Positions 10,732 to 20,610 of a stretch of 64,000 nt of DNA are shown here, one piece after another. Each line of letters starts with the position of its first letter. Positions within the stretch are counted from its first letter, which is position 1. This stretch comes from Chloroflexota bacterium (lineage in GTDB: Bacteria; Chloroflexota; Chloroflexia; QHBQ01), in the NCBI GenBank assembly GCA_043754535.1, contig JAYUUN010000090.1, positions 1-64,000 of the forward strand, in the 5' to 3' direction. The position numbers were made by a program, and so were the translations under genes. The notes under the pieces were generated by a model, which did no database searches, was not told the DNA's origin, and saw nothing but the letters and a program-made list of their open reading frames with translations.

Positions 10732-11032
10732 TGGTTGCAAGGCTGCAAGTGGAGGTCGGCTGTGGCCGACGGCGACCGAGGAACTGAGCAGGAGGCCGGA
10801 GTAGAGCCCGGCTGTCAGCCCGATGCGAAGATCGCGATAGAGCTACACACCTTCGCTACTGGCGTGGGGATCAATCGCTGTGTATCTTCAAGACTCATCT
10901 TTGTGGTCGCTGGGCAGTTTGTGGTAGCATAGTAGTATGACCAAACCACTCTTTGTGCGTCGCGCTCTTTGCGGGCATCGCGCAGACCCAGCCGTCCAGC
11001 GTCGCCCCCATCCTCAAGCCGTCGGCCAGCAG

Positions 11033-11101
11033 CCCACCATGCTGCTCCTCTCGTGGCCCATTGCGGAGTGATCCATTGGAGTGGCTGCATTGAACTACCT
11101 C
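11033..11101. repeat. Diverged copy of the copA 5' end (13536-13604)
   Basis: cccaccatgctgctcctctcgtg..ccattgcggagtgatccat..cattgaactacctc occurs at both loci. Confidence 0.9.
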
Positions 11102-11146
11102 GTAGTTGAGCCGCTTAATAGCATCTTCTTTGCTAATTGCTTGCAT
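11102..11146 (-). pseudogene. csoR: CsoR/RcnR-family repressor N-terminal stub
   Basis: RBS ggagg, then MQAISKEDAIKRLNY (CsoR helix 1-like), broken by the copA-like duplicate. Confidence 0.55.
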
Positions 11147-11150
11147 CTTA

Positions 11151-11411
11151 TTACCTCCAGACCCTACCCCTCCGGTAGGGGTTCATACGAGTATTATAGT
11201 CTCCAAAATCAACTATGTCAAGGTCGTTAATGACCATTTTGGCTGCGAATAACAATAAGTTCCAATTTTTGTCGGTGTAGCGCACGTCCACCTGCTTGTC
11301 GGCGAGGTTGACCCGCACATCTTCGGCTCCTGTACCTTCCGCCGCGCTGGTCACGCACATGATGCAGTGGTCGCAGTCCATAGCCGGTACGTTCAGCCTT
11401 ACGTCAGTCAT
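11151..11411 (-). CDS. copZ: Copper chaperone (HMA domain), C-terminus probably truncated
   Basis: MDCDHC metal motif; after RYTDK the frame runs through the csoR promoter region. Confidence 0.75.
   Translation of the reverse strand: MTDVRLNVPAMDCDHCIMCVTSAAEGTGAEDVRVNLADKQVDVRYTDKNWNLLLFAAKMVINDLDIVDFGDYNTRMNPYRRGRVWR
11161..11221 (-). promoter_or_regulatory. Consensus sigma70 promoter plus CsoR-like operator
   Basis: TTGACA (11221-11216), 17 bp, TATAAT (11198-11193); downstream G/C-tract pseudo-palindrome ACCCCTACCGGAGGGGT. Confidence 0.75.
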
Positions 11412-11440
11412 CTTAATGCCCCCTGTGGTTGCGAATTGGG

Positions 11441-13579
11441 TTAGTTGGTTGCTAGGGTGGGGTTCTTCAGCTTGCCCTCGACCGAACGCAATAGCACAGC
11501 ATTGGTTGCCACGATGATGCTGCTGACCGACATGAGCAGGGCTGCAATCTCCGGCCTAATCATCCAGCCGAGGCTTGAGTAGAACAGCCCAGCCGCGACC
11601 GGGATCGCCAGCAGATTGTAGATGCTGGCCCAGAACAGGTTTTGCTTCATCTTCGTCACCGTTGCCTGCGACAAGATGATCGCCCGCACGATGTCCAGTG
11701 GGTCGCTTTTCATCAGGACGATGTTGGCGGTCTCAATCGCCACGTCCGTCCCCGCCCCAATAGCGATGCCGATGTTAGCGGTTGCCAGTGCGGGTGCGTC
11801 GTTCACGCCGTCGCCGACCATTGCTACCTTCCGGCCCTCGGCCTGTAGTTCACGCACATAGCGGGCTTTGTCGGCAGGCAGAACCTCGGCGTAGAACCGC
11901 TCGATGCCCAGTTCGCGGGCGACGGCGGCAGCGGTGCGCTGGTTGTCGCCAGTGATCATAACCGGCTCGACCCCACGCTCCTTGAGTTGCTCAATCGCCT
12001 GGCGGGCAGTCGGCTTGATCGTATCGGCGACCGCCACCAGCCCCGCGATCCTGCCGTCCACTGCCACGAACATCGGGGTGCGCCCGGCTTCGGCCAGGCT
12101 TGCCGCCTGCTGCTCAAGGCTCGGCGACAAGGCTACCTGCTGTTCATCCAGCAGCCGCCGATTACCGACCAGCAACTTGCGTCCAGCCACCATCGCGCTG
12201 AGGCCACGCCCAGACAATGCCTCGAAGTCGCTACTCGGCTCTAGCGCAAGGTTGCGATCCTTTGCGCCCTGAGTGATAGCGGTAGCCAGGGGGTGTTCGC
12301 TGCCTGCTTCGGCGGCTGCCACCAGCGTCAGCAGTTCGTTCTCGCTCACCCCTGCGCCGTCGGCTACCACTATGTCGGTAAGCTGCGGCCTACCCTCGGT
12401 CAGCGTGCCGGTCTTGTCCAGCACGATAGCTTTGATACCAGCCATCCCTTCGAGCGTGGCGGCATCCTTGATCAGGATGTTGTACTTCGCCCCCAGCCCT
12501 ACACCGACCGCCACCGCCGTCGGGGTTGCCAGCCCCAGCGCGTCAGGACAGGCGATCACGATGGCGGAGATGGCGAAGGTCAGCGCGACGATGGTCGGTT
12601 CGCCGCCGATAAACTTCCAGGCCAGGAAGGTGAGGATGCCGCTACCGACCGCAACGATGACCAGCACCCCCGCCGCCCGGTCGGCTAGCCGCTGACCAGG
12701 GGCTTTGGTGTTCTGCGCCTGCCTGACCAGGTTGGTGATCTGGCCCAGCGCAGTGTCTGCCCCGACCTTCGTCGTCTGCATGATCACGCTGCCACTCTGG
12801 TTGATACTACCACCGGTTAGTGGGTCGCCCACCTCTTTGCCGACAGGGAGGCTCTCGCCAGTAACGAGGCTCTCGTCGACCGTCGTCGTCCCGCTCTCAA
12901 CCACACCGTCCACCGGCACCTTGTCGCCGGGGCGCAGGCGCAGGCGGTCGCCCACCACTACGTCAGCAGTGTTAACCTCAAGCTCCTGACCACCCCGGAT
13001 CACGGTCGCCTTCGGCGGCACCAGGTCGAATAGGGCGCGAAGCGAGTCGGTGGTGCCACGCCGCGAACGCATCTCCATCCAGTGGCCGAACAGGACAAAT
13101 GTCACCAGCATGGCGGCTGCGTCGTAGAAGGTTTCCATGCCGCCGGTCAGGGTAATGTAGACGCTGAACAGGTAGGCAGCCAGCACGCCGGTAGCGATCA
13201 GCACGCTCATGTCGAGGCTGCGTCGGCGCAGGGCGGAGAACGCGCCCCCGACGAAAATCCAGCCCGCCCAGAAGACGACGGGCGTAGTCAGGATCAGCAG
13301 CAGCCAGTTAACCGGGATCGGGCTGGGCAGCCGCAGCCCTAGACCCGCACCCAGCGGCGAGTAGAGGATGATCGGGATGGTGAGGAGGAGGGCAGCGAAG
13401 AAGCGGTTACGCATATCGCTTTCCATCGCGGCAGCCATGACTGGATCGGACATATCGTGGTTCTTGCCGCCATGCCCCATTTGGCTGTGATCCATACCCG
13501 CCATCACAGCCTGGTTCATCTTACTATGATCCATACCCACCATGCTGCTCCTCTCGTGTTCCATTGCGGAGTGATCCAT
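11441..13579 (-). CDS. copA: Copper-translocating P1B-type ATPase
   Basis: His/Met-rich N-terminus, TGES, CPDALGLATP, DKTGT, SEHP, GDGVNDAP, YN and MxxSS motifs. Confidence 0.92.
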   Translation of the reverse strand: MDHSAMEHERSSMVGMDHSKMNQAVMAGMDHSQMGHGGKNHDMSDPVMAAAMESDMRNRFFAALLLTIPIILYSPLGAGLGLRLPSPIPVNWLLLILTTPVVFWAGWIFVGGAFSALRRRSLDMSVLIATGVLAAYLFSVYITLTGGMETFYDAAAMLVTFVLFGHWMEMRSRRGTTDSLRALFDLVPPKATVIRGGQELEVNTADVVVGDRLRLRPGDKVPVDGVVESGTTTVDESLVTGESLPVGKEVGDPLTGGSINQSGSVIMQTTKVGADTALGQITNLVRQAQNTKAPGQRLADRAAGVLVIVAVGSGILTFLAWKFIGGEPTIVALTFAISAIVIACPDALGLATPTAVAVGVGLGAKYNILIKDAATLEGMAGIKAIVLDKTGTLTEGRPQLTDIVVADGAGVSENELLTLVAAAEAGSEHPLATAITQGAKDRNLALEPSSDFEALSGRGLSAMVAGRKLLVGNRRLLDEQQVALSPSLEQQAASLAEAGRTPMFVAVDGRIAGLVAVADTIKPTARQAIEQLKERGVEPVMITGDNQRTAAAVARELGIERFYAEVLPADKARYVRELQAEGRKVAMVGDGVNDAPALATANIGIAIGAGTDVAIETANIVLMKSDPLDIVRAIILSQATVTKMKQNLFWASIYNLLAIPVAAGLFYSSLGWMIRPEIAALLMSVSSIIVATNAVLLRSVEGKLKNPTLATN

Positions 13580-13605
13580 CGGCGCGACAGCATTGAACTA
13601 CCTCA

Positions 13606-14223
13606 TCACGGCATATGGTGATGTTCGGCTGGGGTTGCTACGTTGCCGTTGCCCCCGGCGGTGGTTGGTGACGGGGTGTCGTTGTAACCTCGTAGCTGGT
13701 TGTAGCTAACGACTTGTGCAGCAGTGAGGAGCGGGGTGATCTGGAGATGGGCCTTGAGGTGGATGTCGCGGTAGTCACCGTATAGCTTCGCCAGGGCTGC
13801 TGTGCGGGTCTGAAGATCGGCCTCGCTGATGCTCCCTCCAGCGAACGCTCGGCTCAAGTGCTGCTCGCGCTCAAGAATCTGGACACCAACCGGCTTTGCT
13901 GCTGAGTTCATCTGCTGGAAGACGGTCTGGATTTGCTGCTCCTGCTTCACCGACAAGCCAAGCTGCCGACTCAAGTCAAGTACGTGACGGGGGCCGGGGT
14001 AGTTGTTCAGCTCAGCCATGCGGGCATAGCCGCCACCAAGTCCGTTCCGCAAATCGTCAACTTCCTGACTACTCAGACCCCTGATCGGACTACCCTGCTG
14101 GTCGGCGTAACTTGAGGGGGTTGTTGGGCTTAGGATGGTCGCTGGCTGATGGAGGATAGCAAAGCCAGCGACCACGATCAAGAGAACGAGGCCACCCAAG
14201 AAGGTAAGTAGACGCTTGTTCAT
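13606..14223 (-). CDS. Spy/CpxP-like extracytoplasmic metal-resistance protein
   Basis: N-terminal TM; GxGYARMAELNNYPGPRH, HLKAH..LTAAQ; His-rich tail. Confidence 0.7.
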   Translation of the reverse strand: MNKRLLTFLGGLVLLIVVAGFAILHQPATILSPTTPSSYADQQGSPIRGLSSQEVDDLRNGLGGGYARMAELNNYPGPRHVLDLSRQLGLSVKQEQQIQTVFQQMNSAAKPVGVQILEREQHLSRAFAGGSISEADLQTRTAALAKLYGDYRDIHLKAHLQITPLLTAAQVVSYNQLRGYNDTPSPTTAGGNGNVATPAEHHHMP

Positions 14224-14291
14224 TGACTTGCCCTTCCTAAACTGGCTGCTGGGTAGCAGTTACTCGTGCTAAACCCAGCAGCCGCTAAGGT

Positions 14292-15506
14292 TTAGTTGCC
14301 GGGCCGCACTGCCGTGTAGTAGTGGGCCATGTAGTAGACACTGTAAACGTCGCTGATCTGCACGCCAGTAGACTCATTCTCAGCGTGGATAAACTTACCG
14401 TCACCGATGTAGAGACCGGAGTGCGACAGCCCGCGCTTGTAGGTGTTGGCGAAGAACAACAAGTCGCCCGGTTGCAGGTCTTTCAAGCTCACCCGCTTGC
14501 CGCTGGCTAGCTGCCCTTGCATATCGCGGGGCATATCAATGCCGCTGCGGTTGAACACGTAATAAATCAAGCCACTGCAATCGAAGCCATTCCTGGGTGA
14601 TGTGCCGCCAAAGACGTAGCGGTAGCCACTGTAACGTAGGGCCGTCTCTACCACCCCCCCACTGCTAGTGGGCTGAGAAGCAATGGGTTGCCGTGCCTGC
14701 GGATCGTCGTTGCTGCGGCCACCCCCACGCGAGGTGCCGCTGCGGGCATCGGCCACTACTTGAGTCTGGGGCTGGACGCTGGTCGTCTTTGGCGCGGCGG
14801 TAGTGGGCGCGCCCTGCTTGCTAGCCTGTGCTGCTGGGGCGGCAACCGCCTGCTTGCTCACCTGGATGTAGTCGCCCGCTACCCAGCCGATAGTCGTGCG
14901 CCCCTTGACCTGATACCAGTTGGTGCCATCGTCGCCAGTCACTGGCCCTGCCAGCATGGTCAGCTTGTAACCTGCATCTAGGGTGGCTAGCACGGCCCCG
15001 GCACTCGCTGGGCGGGTGCGGAGGCGCAGGTTGTCGGCATTGGGCTTTACCTCGACAGTCGCACCAATCTTGATACTGGTCGCGCTACTGCTCTGCTTCG
15101 CAGCCTGCTGCTGACCGTTCGTTGGCTTGACCATCTTGCTCTGCTGCCTACCTGCCAGGGTTGTGCTGCCGCTTGCCTGCGTGCCTGTGGGCGCGAGGTA
15201 AGCTCCACTCATCCAACCGCTGCCGTGTTCGTTACGTACCTTGTACCATAGATTGCCTTCGCTATCTTTGCGCGGGCCATCGTAGACTTTAACTGCTTCA
15301 CCTTCGCTCAGTCGAGTGTTGATCTCGCTGCTGGTCGTTGGTGTGTTCCTCAGTCGCGCCTTGTCGCCGTCGGTGTGGGCGACTTGAGCCATGCCACCCA
15401 CCTTGATCGGGTCGGAGGCGAACGCTGGGGAGGCGAAGATGCTGCTTGTCAGCAGCAGAAACCCTACTGCCAGAACCTTCAGGTTACTAAGTTTATGTCG
15501 TGCCAA
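14292..15506 (-). CDS. SH3b x2 + NlpC/P60 peptidoglycan endopeptidase
   Basis: Signal peptide, two SH3_3-like repeats (WYxV..GW), FDCSG, HSGLYIG, FIHA. Confidence 0.9.
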   Translation of the reverse strand: MARHKLSNLKVLAVGFLLLTSSIFASPAFASDPIKVGGMAQVAHTDGDKARLRNTPTTSSEINTRLSEGEAVKVYDGPRKDSEGNLWYKVRNEHGSGWMSGAYLAPTGTQASGSTTLAGRQQSKMVKPTNGQQQAAKQSSSATSIKIGATVEVKPNADNLRLRTRPASAGAVLATLDAGYKLTMLAGPVTGDDGTNWYQVKGRTTIGWVAGDYIQVSKQAVAAPAAQASKQGAPTTAAPKTTSVQPQTQVVADARSGTSRGGGRSNDDPQARQPIASQPTSSGGVVETALRYSGYRYVFGGTSPRNGFDCSGLIYYVFNRSGIDMPRDMQGQLASGKRVSLKDLQPGDLLFFANTYKRGLSHSGLYIGDGKFIHAENESTGVQISDVYSVYYMAHYYTAVRPGN

Positions 15507-15610
15507 AACTCTCTCGTTTCCTTTCCTTGCTTGCTTGCTGGTTCACCAGAGGTGAACCAATAGTTGAGCGGACGCTGAACGGTCTGCCCGTGGCAGCCAG
15601 GCTGCTAACG

Positions 15611-16159
15611 TTATGGTTCCGGCAGGAATGAGTATCCTGCCGCTTGCCAGGCTTCAAACCCGCCCGTTAGATTGAAGACGTTGGTGTAGCCCAGCCCCAC
15701 TAGGGTGCGGCTGGCAATCGTACTCATCCGCCCACTGCGCCAGGTGAGGACGATACGGGTGTTCTTGTCAGCGGGCAGTTGCCCTGGGTTGTCGGCTATT
15801 TTGTCGAAGGGGATGCGGGCATCCAGGTTTGGCAAGCGACCCTGGTGCGGCACGTGGACATCCACCAGGAAGAAGTCCTTACGCTGCATCATCGCTTGCA
15901 ACTTTGCTGCGCTGATTTCAGTGTAGCTGCCCTGCCCGCTATCAACTTTGCGACCCAGTAGCACCAGCGTAGCTGTGGGTGAGGGTAGCGTAGGGGTGAT
16001 GGTCATGGTTGGGCGCATTGTCAGCAGTGACGGTGTACCTGCCACCCTGCTAGCCTGGCTGGGCGCGGTGGTCGAGTTTGCTTCCCCACCGCACGCACTG
16101 AGCAGCAGGCTGGTCAGCAGCATAGTAATGATCCGCAACAATCTTGGTCTAAGCTCCAC
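15611..16159 (-). CDS. Rhodanese-like lipoprotein (active-site Cys replaced by Trp)
   Basis: Lipobox LSAC; LVDV..IVLTWRSGRMS..NLTGGFEAW. Confidence 0.8.
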   Translation of the reverse strand: MELRPRLLRIITMLLTSLLLSACGGEANSTTAPSQASRVAGTPSLLTMRPTMTITPTLPSPTATLVLLGRKVDSGQGSYTEISAAKLQAMMQRKDFFLVDVHVPHQGRLPNLDARIPFDKIADNPGQLPADKNTRIVLTWRSGRMSTIASRTLVGLGYTNVFNLTGGFEAWQAAGYSFLPEP

Positions 16160-16181
16160 CTCGTTCTCCTAACCCATTTGC

Positions 16182-16793
16182 CTACTTGCTGAAGCCGAAC
16201 TGCTGTAGCTTGTCTTCCAAGCTGGCTTGGGTCATCGCGCCCATGTTGACCGCCAGCACCCGTCCATCCTGACCCACGAAGTAGCTGGTTGGCAGGGACA
16301 TTACGCGGTAGGCGGTTGCCACTACGCCAGTGGGGTCAAGCAACAGAGGGAAGGTGTAGCCACCTTCTTGGGCGTAGCCAGCTACTTGATGGTCACTCTC
16401 CTGCATATTGACGGCAGCTACGGTAAGGCCTTGCGGTCCGAATCGTTCATACACTGCTTCAATGTCCGGCATCTCGGCGCGGCAAGGTGGACACCAAGTA
16501 GCCCAGAAGTTGACCAGCACCACCTTGTGCTGCTTGAGCAGTTCACCGAGGCTCACCTGCTTACCATCGAAGGTGGTTAGTTGCATAGCTGGAGCTAGGG
16601 CATCCACTCGCGGCGCAACCAAGTTTGGTACGCCTGCTCGTGGGGTGAGGGCCACCGCTGCCCCGCTGCCCTGCACGTACCCACCGCCCAAGCTGTCGCT
16701 GCTGCTACCAGCCGAGCAGGCTACAAGCAGCGTTGCCACAAGTAGTAGGGTGAGCAGGCTCAAGGTTTTGGGCTTGTCGGTTAGTAGTTGCAC
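16182..16793 (-). CDS. TlpA/ResA-family thiol-disulfide oxidoreductase lipoprotein
   Basis: Lipobox LVAC; VNFWATWCPPCRAEMP; LPTSYFV. Confidence 0.9.
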   Translation of the reverse strand: MQLLTDKPKTLSLLTLLLVATLLVACSAGSSSDSLGGGYVQGSGAAVALTPRAGVPNLVAPRVDALAPAMQLTTFDGKQVSLGELLKQHKVVLVNFWATWCPPCRAEMPDIEAVYERFGPQGLTVAAVNMQESDHQVAGYAQEGGYTFPLLLDPTGVVATAYRVMSLPTSYFVGQDGRVLAVNMGAMTQASLEDKLQQFGFSK

Positions 16794-16972
16794 GGGATCA
16801 GCCTCCTGCCAGCGTGGTGTAGAAGAGCAACCGCACTGGCAGCACGGCTGGTGAAAGGATTGCTGTGGCTACTGGCGAAGCGACGGGTCGCCGTCCCCTT
16901 TGTTTTTGTTGCTTGTTCCCCGTTTGCACCAAATCCATAATATTGCCCTGCTCCAGTCGCACTGAGGGGTAG

Positions 16973-17899
16973 CTATTTTGCTGCCTGCCAGCTTGTGCCA
17001 TTGTCGCTGCTGAGGTAAATGCTAGCATCGTTGAACATCACTGCAACATGACCGTCTGCAGCTTGTTGGATTGAGACACCTACTACACCATGCGGTGGTA
17101 GCCCAGCTACTGCCTGCCAGCTATTGCCGTGATCGCTACTCTGGTAGAGACCCTGCAAAGTACCGACATAGAGTGCTTTGCTGCTGCCACTTAGCCCATA
17201 AACCCCGCCGCTTAGTTGAACTGCATTGATGCTGACCCAGTTGCTCCCACCATCATCCGAGCGTAGCAGACCCGCTGTTGTACCAGCGTAAATCACCTGC
17301 TTGGCTGCCGAGTCATGTTCGACCCACAAGGTCATCACCTGTACGCTCATCGTGGCATTAACCGTCTGCCAGCTTGCCCCCTGGTCGGCAGAGCCGAGCA
17401 AGCCCTTCTTTTCCACCCATACGTATAGACTACCGTCGTTGGGGTCAACTGCCAGTGCGTGGGTGTCGTTGGGATTGCCGAAGTTACCCGCTCCCGGCAG
17501 GATATTGTTCCAGTTGGCCCCACCGTCACTGCTCACGACTACCCCCAGACTGTGACCAGCGGCATAGAGGACGCTGGTCGGTACTGGCTGGTAAGCAAAA
17601 GCCATCACGTCGGTAGCAGGGAGTGCTTGGTTTACCTGCCAACTTGCGCCTTCCACTTTACTGCTCCGCTCGTAAAGACCATTGTGAGTGCCTACCAGCA
17701 GCCGGTTGCCGTTCAGCAGCAGGGCATGGATGTGTGTCTGTGCAGGGATGCTACTCACTGCTGCCTTACTGCTGCCCAAGAAAGTGCTGAGAACCAAGTA
17801 GGTCGCCACGGCGACGAGTGCTGCAACCAACAAGATGCTAATCCAATTATGCTTTACCGCTGTCGTTGCTTGTTGTTGCTTATCTGCTGCTCTCGCCAC
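16973..17899 (-). CDS. BNR/Asp-box beta-propeller protein (F510_1955-like)
   Basis: N-terminal TM, HIHA..GTHNGL, repeated SxDxGxxW boxes. Confidence 0.8.
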   Translation of the reverse strand: MARAADKQQQATTAVKHNWISILLVAALVAVATYLVLSTFLGSSKAAVSSIPAQTHIHALLLNGNRLLVGTHNGLYERSSKVEGASWQVNQALPATDVMAFAYQPVPTSVLYAAGHSLGVVVSSDGGANWNNILPGAGNFGNPNDTHALAVDPNDGSLYVWVEKKGLLGSADQGASWQTVNATMSVQVMTLWVEHDSAAKQVIYAGTTAGLLRSDDGGSNWVSINAVQLSGGVYGLSGSSKALYVGTLQGLYQSSDHGNSWQAVAGLPPHGVVGVSIQQAADGHVAVMFNDASIYLSSDNGTSWQAAK

Positions 17900-17944
17900 C
17901 TCAACCTCTTTTCCTCTTTTGCACGATCATGCTTCACCCTAACC

Positions 17945-17982
17945 TACGAAGTGAGTATAGTAGTATCACCAGCTGCTGTCAA
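17945..17982 (-). promoter_or_regulatory. Sigma70-type promoter of the copper/envelope operon with an 18-bp operator-like site
   Basis: TTGACA (17982-17977), 17 bp, TATACT (17959-17954); site TACTATACTCACTTCGTA on the minus strand at 17945-17962. Confidence 0.75.
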
Positions 17983-18046
17983 GGTTGCTAGCTTAAAACA
18001 GCATATAAATGCCTTGCTACAGCAGTCTGGTTGGGAAGAGAAAATA

Positions 18047-18625
18047 CATGATCAGGCCGAAGCCGACCGCCAGCAGCCACTCGGTCTCTACGGCGCGCTA
18101 ATTATCGAACCGAAAGCTGCGGCGGTGAAGTACGATGCTGATTACACCCTGCTCCTCGGTGAGTGGCGCGTCACCGAGGGCAAGACCTACCCGGCCATGG
18201 AACTGGAAGGGATGCTGCCCAACTACTTCACGATCAACGGCAAGGCTTACCCCTCAACCGAGACGATCAAGGTAAAGCAAGGGCAGCAAGTGCTGCTCCG
18301 CTTCATCGGTAGCGGTCAGTTCATCCATCCCATGCACGCGCATGGGCAACCGTTCGAGATCATTGCCACCGATGGCAACCCAGTGCCAGAAACGGCCCGC
18401 ATCAAGAAGAATACCGTGTTGGTTGGACCGGGTGAACGTTACGACGTGGCTTTCACCGCCCGCGCTCCCGGCAAGTGGCTGATCCACTGCCACATCAACC
18501 ACCACATCATGAACGATGGTCGTGAGGAGCAGGGTGGCGGTGGTCTTACCATGATTCTGGAAGTTACACCATTATCACGAGGGTGGCAGCAGTTGGCACC
18601 TTCTTTTTGTGCTTTCTGTGTGTGA
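18047..18625 (+). pseudogene. Multicopper oxidase, C-terminal fragment
   Basis: GLYGALIIEP, INGK, HPMHAHG, WLIHCHINHH; N-terminal cupredoxin domain absent. Confidence 0.85.
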
Positions 18626-18679
18626 ACCACCCTAGCAAGCAACAGCAGCAACGTACCAGCTAACGTATCCTCAAGGAGA

Positions 18680-19210
18680 TTGCCTGTGCAAGTAGACGAC
18701 CATAATTGTGCTGCCCTGGCTGCTGGACAGCCTCAGCTGAACAGGGGCAAGACACGACGGCAGTTGCTCCAGGGCTGCGCGGTTGATCAGGTGATCGAGT
18801 TGGCCGACGCGAAAGGTGACGATTACGACCACAAACTGCTTACCTACCTGATCCCTCTCCATCAGTCCGCAACTGAAATGGCAGCTTTGATAGATAGCAG
18901 CAGCCGTGCCGAGTTGCAGACCCTGGCTCGGAAGATGGTCAGTGATAGCCAGGTGGAGGACAAGCAGCTGACGAGTTGGCTACAGGTGTGGTACGGAGTT
19001 AGCTTGCAAGCCAGCCCAATAGCCCAGACGGCGGTCAGTCCAACAACGACCACTCGCTCGGCGGACGACGTTGCTCACCCCACCGTCACATCTGGTACAC
19101 CAAGCGGCAGTAGCAACACGCTCACTCTTTGGCTAGCTGTTGGTGCGGGCTGTAGCTCGTGGTTGTAGGGGTGGGAGCCATGCTTTGGCGGCGAACTCCA
19201 CGATCTTGAG
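18680..19210 (+). pseudogene. Degenerate DUF305 protein fragment with C-terminal TM
   Basis: YDHKLLTYLIPLHQSATEMA..ELQTLARKM..WLQVWYG; N-terminus missing; frameshifted anchor. Confidence 0.65.
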
Positions 19211-19327
19211 CCAAATCCTCATTAGTCAAGTACCAGTCCCTGAACTAAGGCTGGCACGCTACCTGCTAACTGTACATCGTAGATTGTAGCGAACCCTCAA
19301 CCTAAACATAACAAGGAGCCAAGTAAG

Positions 19328-20080
19328 ATGAAGAAACCTCGATTGACTATGTTGTTCACCGCCCTGCTGTTGGTGGCGTTCGCCAGTCCCGATCTGGTTG
19401 CAGCTCAGACGATGCCGATGACGATGAGCGAGCAGATGGACAAGCTGCGCGGCCTGAACGGGCGCGACTTCGACGTGCAGTTTATGAAGGACATGATCGG
19501 CCACCACCAATCGGCCATTGAGATGGCAAGCCTGGCCCCAGCCAACGCCAACCGGCAGGAGGTTAAGGATTTGGCCGCCAGCATCGTGGCCGATCAGCAG
19601 CGCGAGATCGGCGAGATGACTGGCTGGCTGCGCAACTGGTACAACGAGCAGCCCGCTGGCATGATGATGATGACTGATATGCAGGCGAAGGTTGACCGGC
19701 TCAAGACCCTAAGGGGCGACGAGTTCGACCGCCAGTTCCTCATTGATATGATCCCCCACCACCAGGATGCGGTGGACATGGCGAAGCTGATCCCAGAGCG
19801 CGCCGCCCGTGCCGAACTGAAGACGCTGGGCCAAAACATCACCAGCAGCCAGAGCCGCGAGATCGATCAGATGACCGGCTGGCTTAACCAGTGGTACAAT
19901 GTTAACACGCAGGGACAACCACTGGTTAGCAGTGCTGCTGGCACGACCAACATCGCCCCGACCAGCCCCACCACGACCCTACCGCCGACAGGCAATGCCA
20001 ACCTGATCCTGCCGTTTGCACTGCTGCTGGCTCTGCTTGCGCTGGTAACTGGCCTCGTCCTGCGGCGGCGCACAGCTTAA
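19328..20080 (+). CDS. DUF305 (CopM-like) secreted protein with LPPTG sorting signal
   Basis: Signal peptide, two MIxHHQxAxxMA repeats, LPPTG + TM + RRR. Confidence 0.9.
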   Translation: MKKPRLTMLFTALLLVAFASPDLVAAQTMPMTMSEQMDKLRGLNGRDFDVQFMKDMIGHHQSAIEMASLAPANANRQEVKDLAASIVADQQREIGEMTGWLRNWYNEQPAGMMMMTDMQAKVDRLKTLRGDEFDRQFLIDMIPHHQDAVDMAKLIPERAARAELKTLGQNITSSQSREIDQMTGWLNQWYNVNTQGQPLVSSAAGTTNIAPTSPTTTLPPTGNANLILPFALLLALLALVTGLVLRRRTA

Positions 20081-20097
20081 GTTGAGCCAGTGGATGG

Positions 20098-20154
20098 TAG
20101 CTACAAAGCGCAGCTATTTACCTTAAGAGGTAGACAAGCTGCGCTCTATGGCTA
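20098..20154. other. Long imperfect hairpin between DUF305 and the blaI-like gene (terminator or regulatory)
   Basis: agcgcagct (20107-20115) / agctgcgct (20137-20145) with inner tacct/aggta; abuts TATAAT at 20153. Confidence 0.5.
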
Positions 20155-20181
20155 TAATGGCTTGGATAATATGGTGAGGGT

Positions 20182-20610
20182 TTGAACTTGGCTGATGAGA
20201 CGGCGGCGAATGACAACCTGCGTGGTTTGCTCGGTGAACTGGAGCGCGAAGTGATAGAGTGGGCTTGGCAGCAGCCCGCCGGTGAATTGACCGTGCGGCA
20301 GGCTTATGAGGATGGCTTCATCAACCGCCAGCCATCGCTGGCTTATACCACTGTAATGACAGTGATGAGCCACCTGGCTGAAAAGGGTCTGTTCACCCGC
20401 AGGCACGTAGGTAAGACCCACTACTACACGGTCGCTTTGAGCAAGGAGGAGTTTCTTGCTCGTAGCGCAGCCCGGCAGGTGGAGCAACTAGTTGCCAACT
20501 TTGGCGACTTGGCTCTGGCGCGCTTCACCGAGCAACTGGCCGGGGTTGACCCCGAACGGCTCAAGCGTATCTACGTCACGATCCAGCGCGAGGAGGAGAG
20601 GGGTGACTAG
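20182..20610 (+). CDS. BlaI/MecI/CopY-family transcriptional repressor
   Basis: [36 protein letters not shown]; no C-terminal CxC. Confidence 0.9.
   Translation: MNLADETAANDNLRGLLGELEREVIEWAWQQPAGELTVRQAYEDGFINRQPSLAYTTVMTVMSHLAEKGLFTRRHVGKTHYYTVALSKEEFLARSAARQVEQLVANFGDLALARFTEQLAGVDPERLKRIYVTIQREEERGD

Noticed and set aside
17459..18046. N-terminal half of the 388-aa ORF as a novel multicopper oxidase fusion
   Set aside because: It is antisense to the BNR gene and its promoter; only sequence after ~18047 resembles an oxidase.
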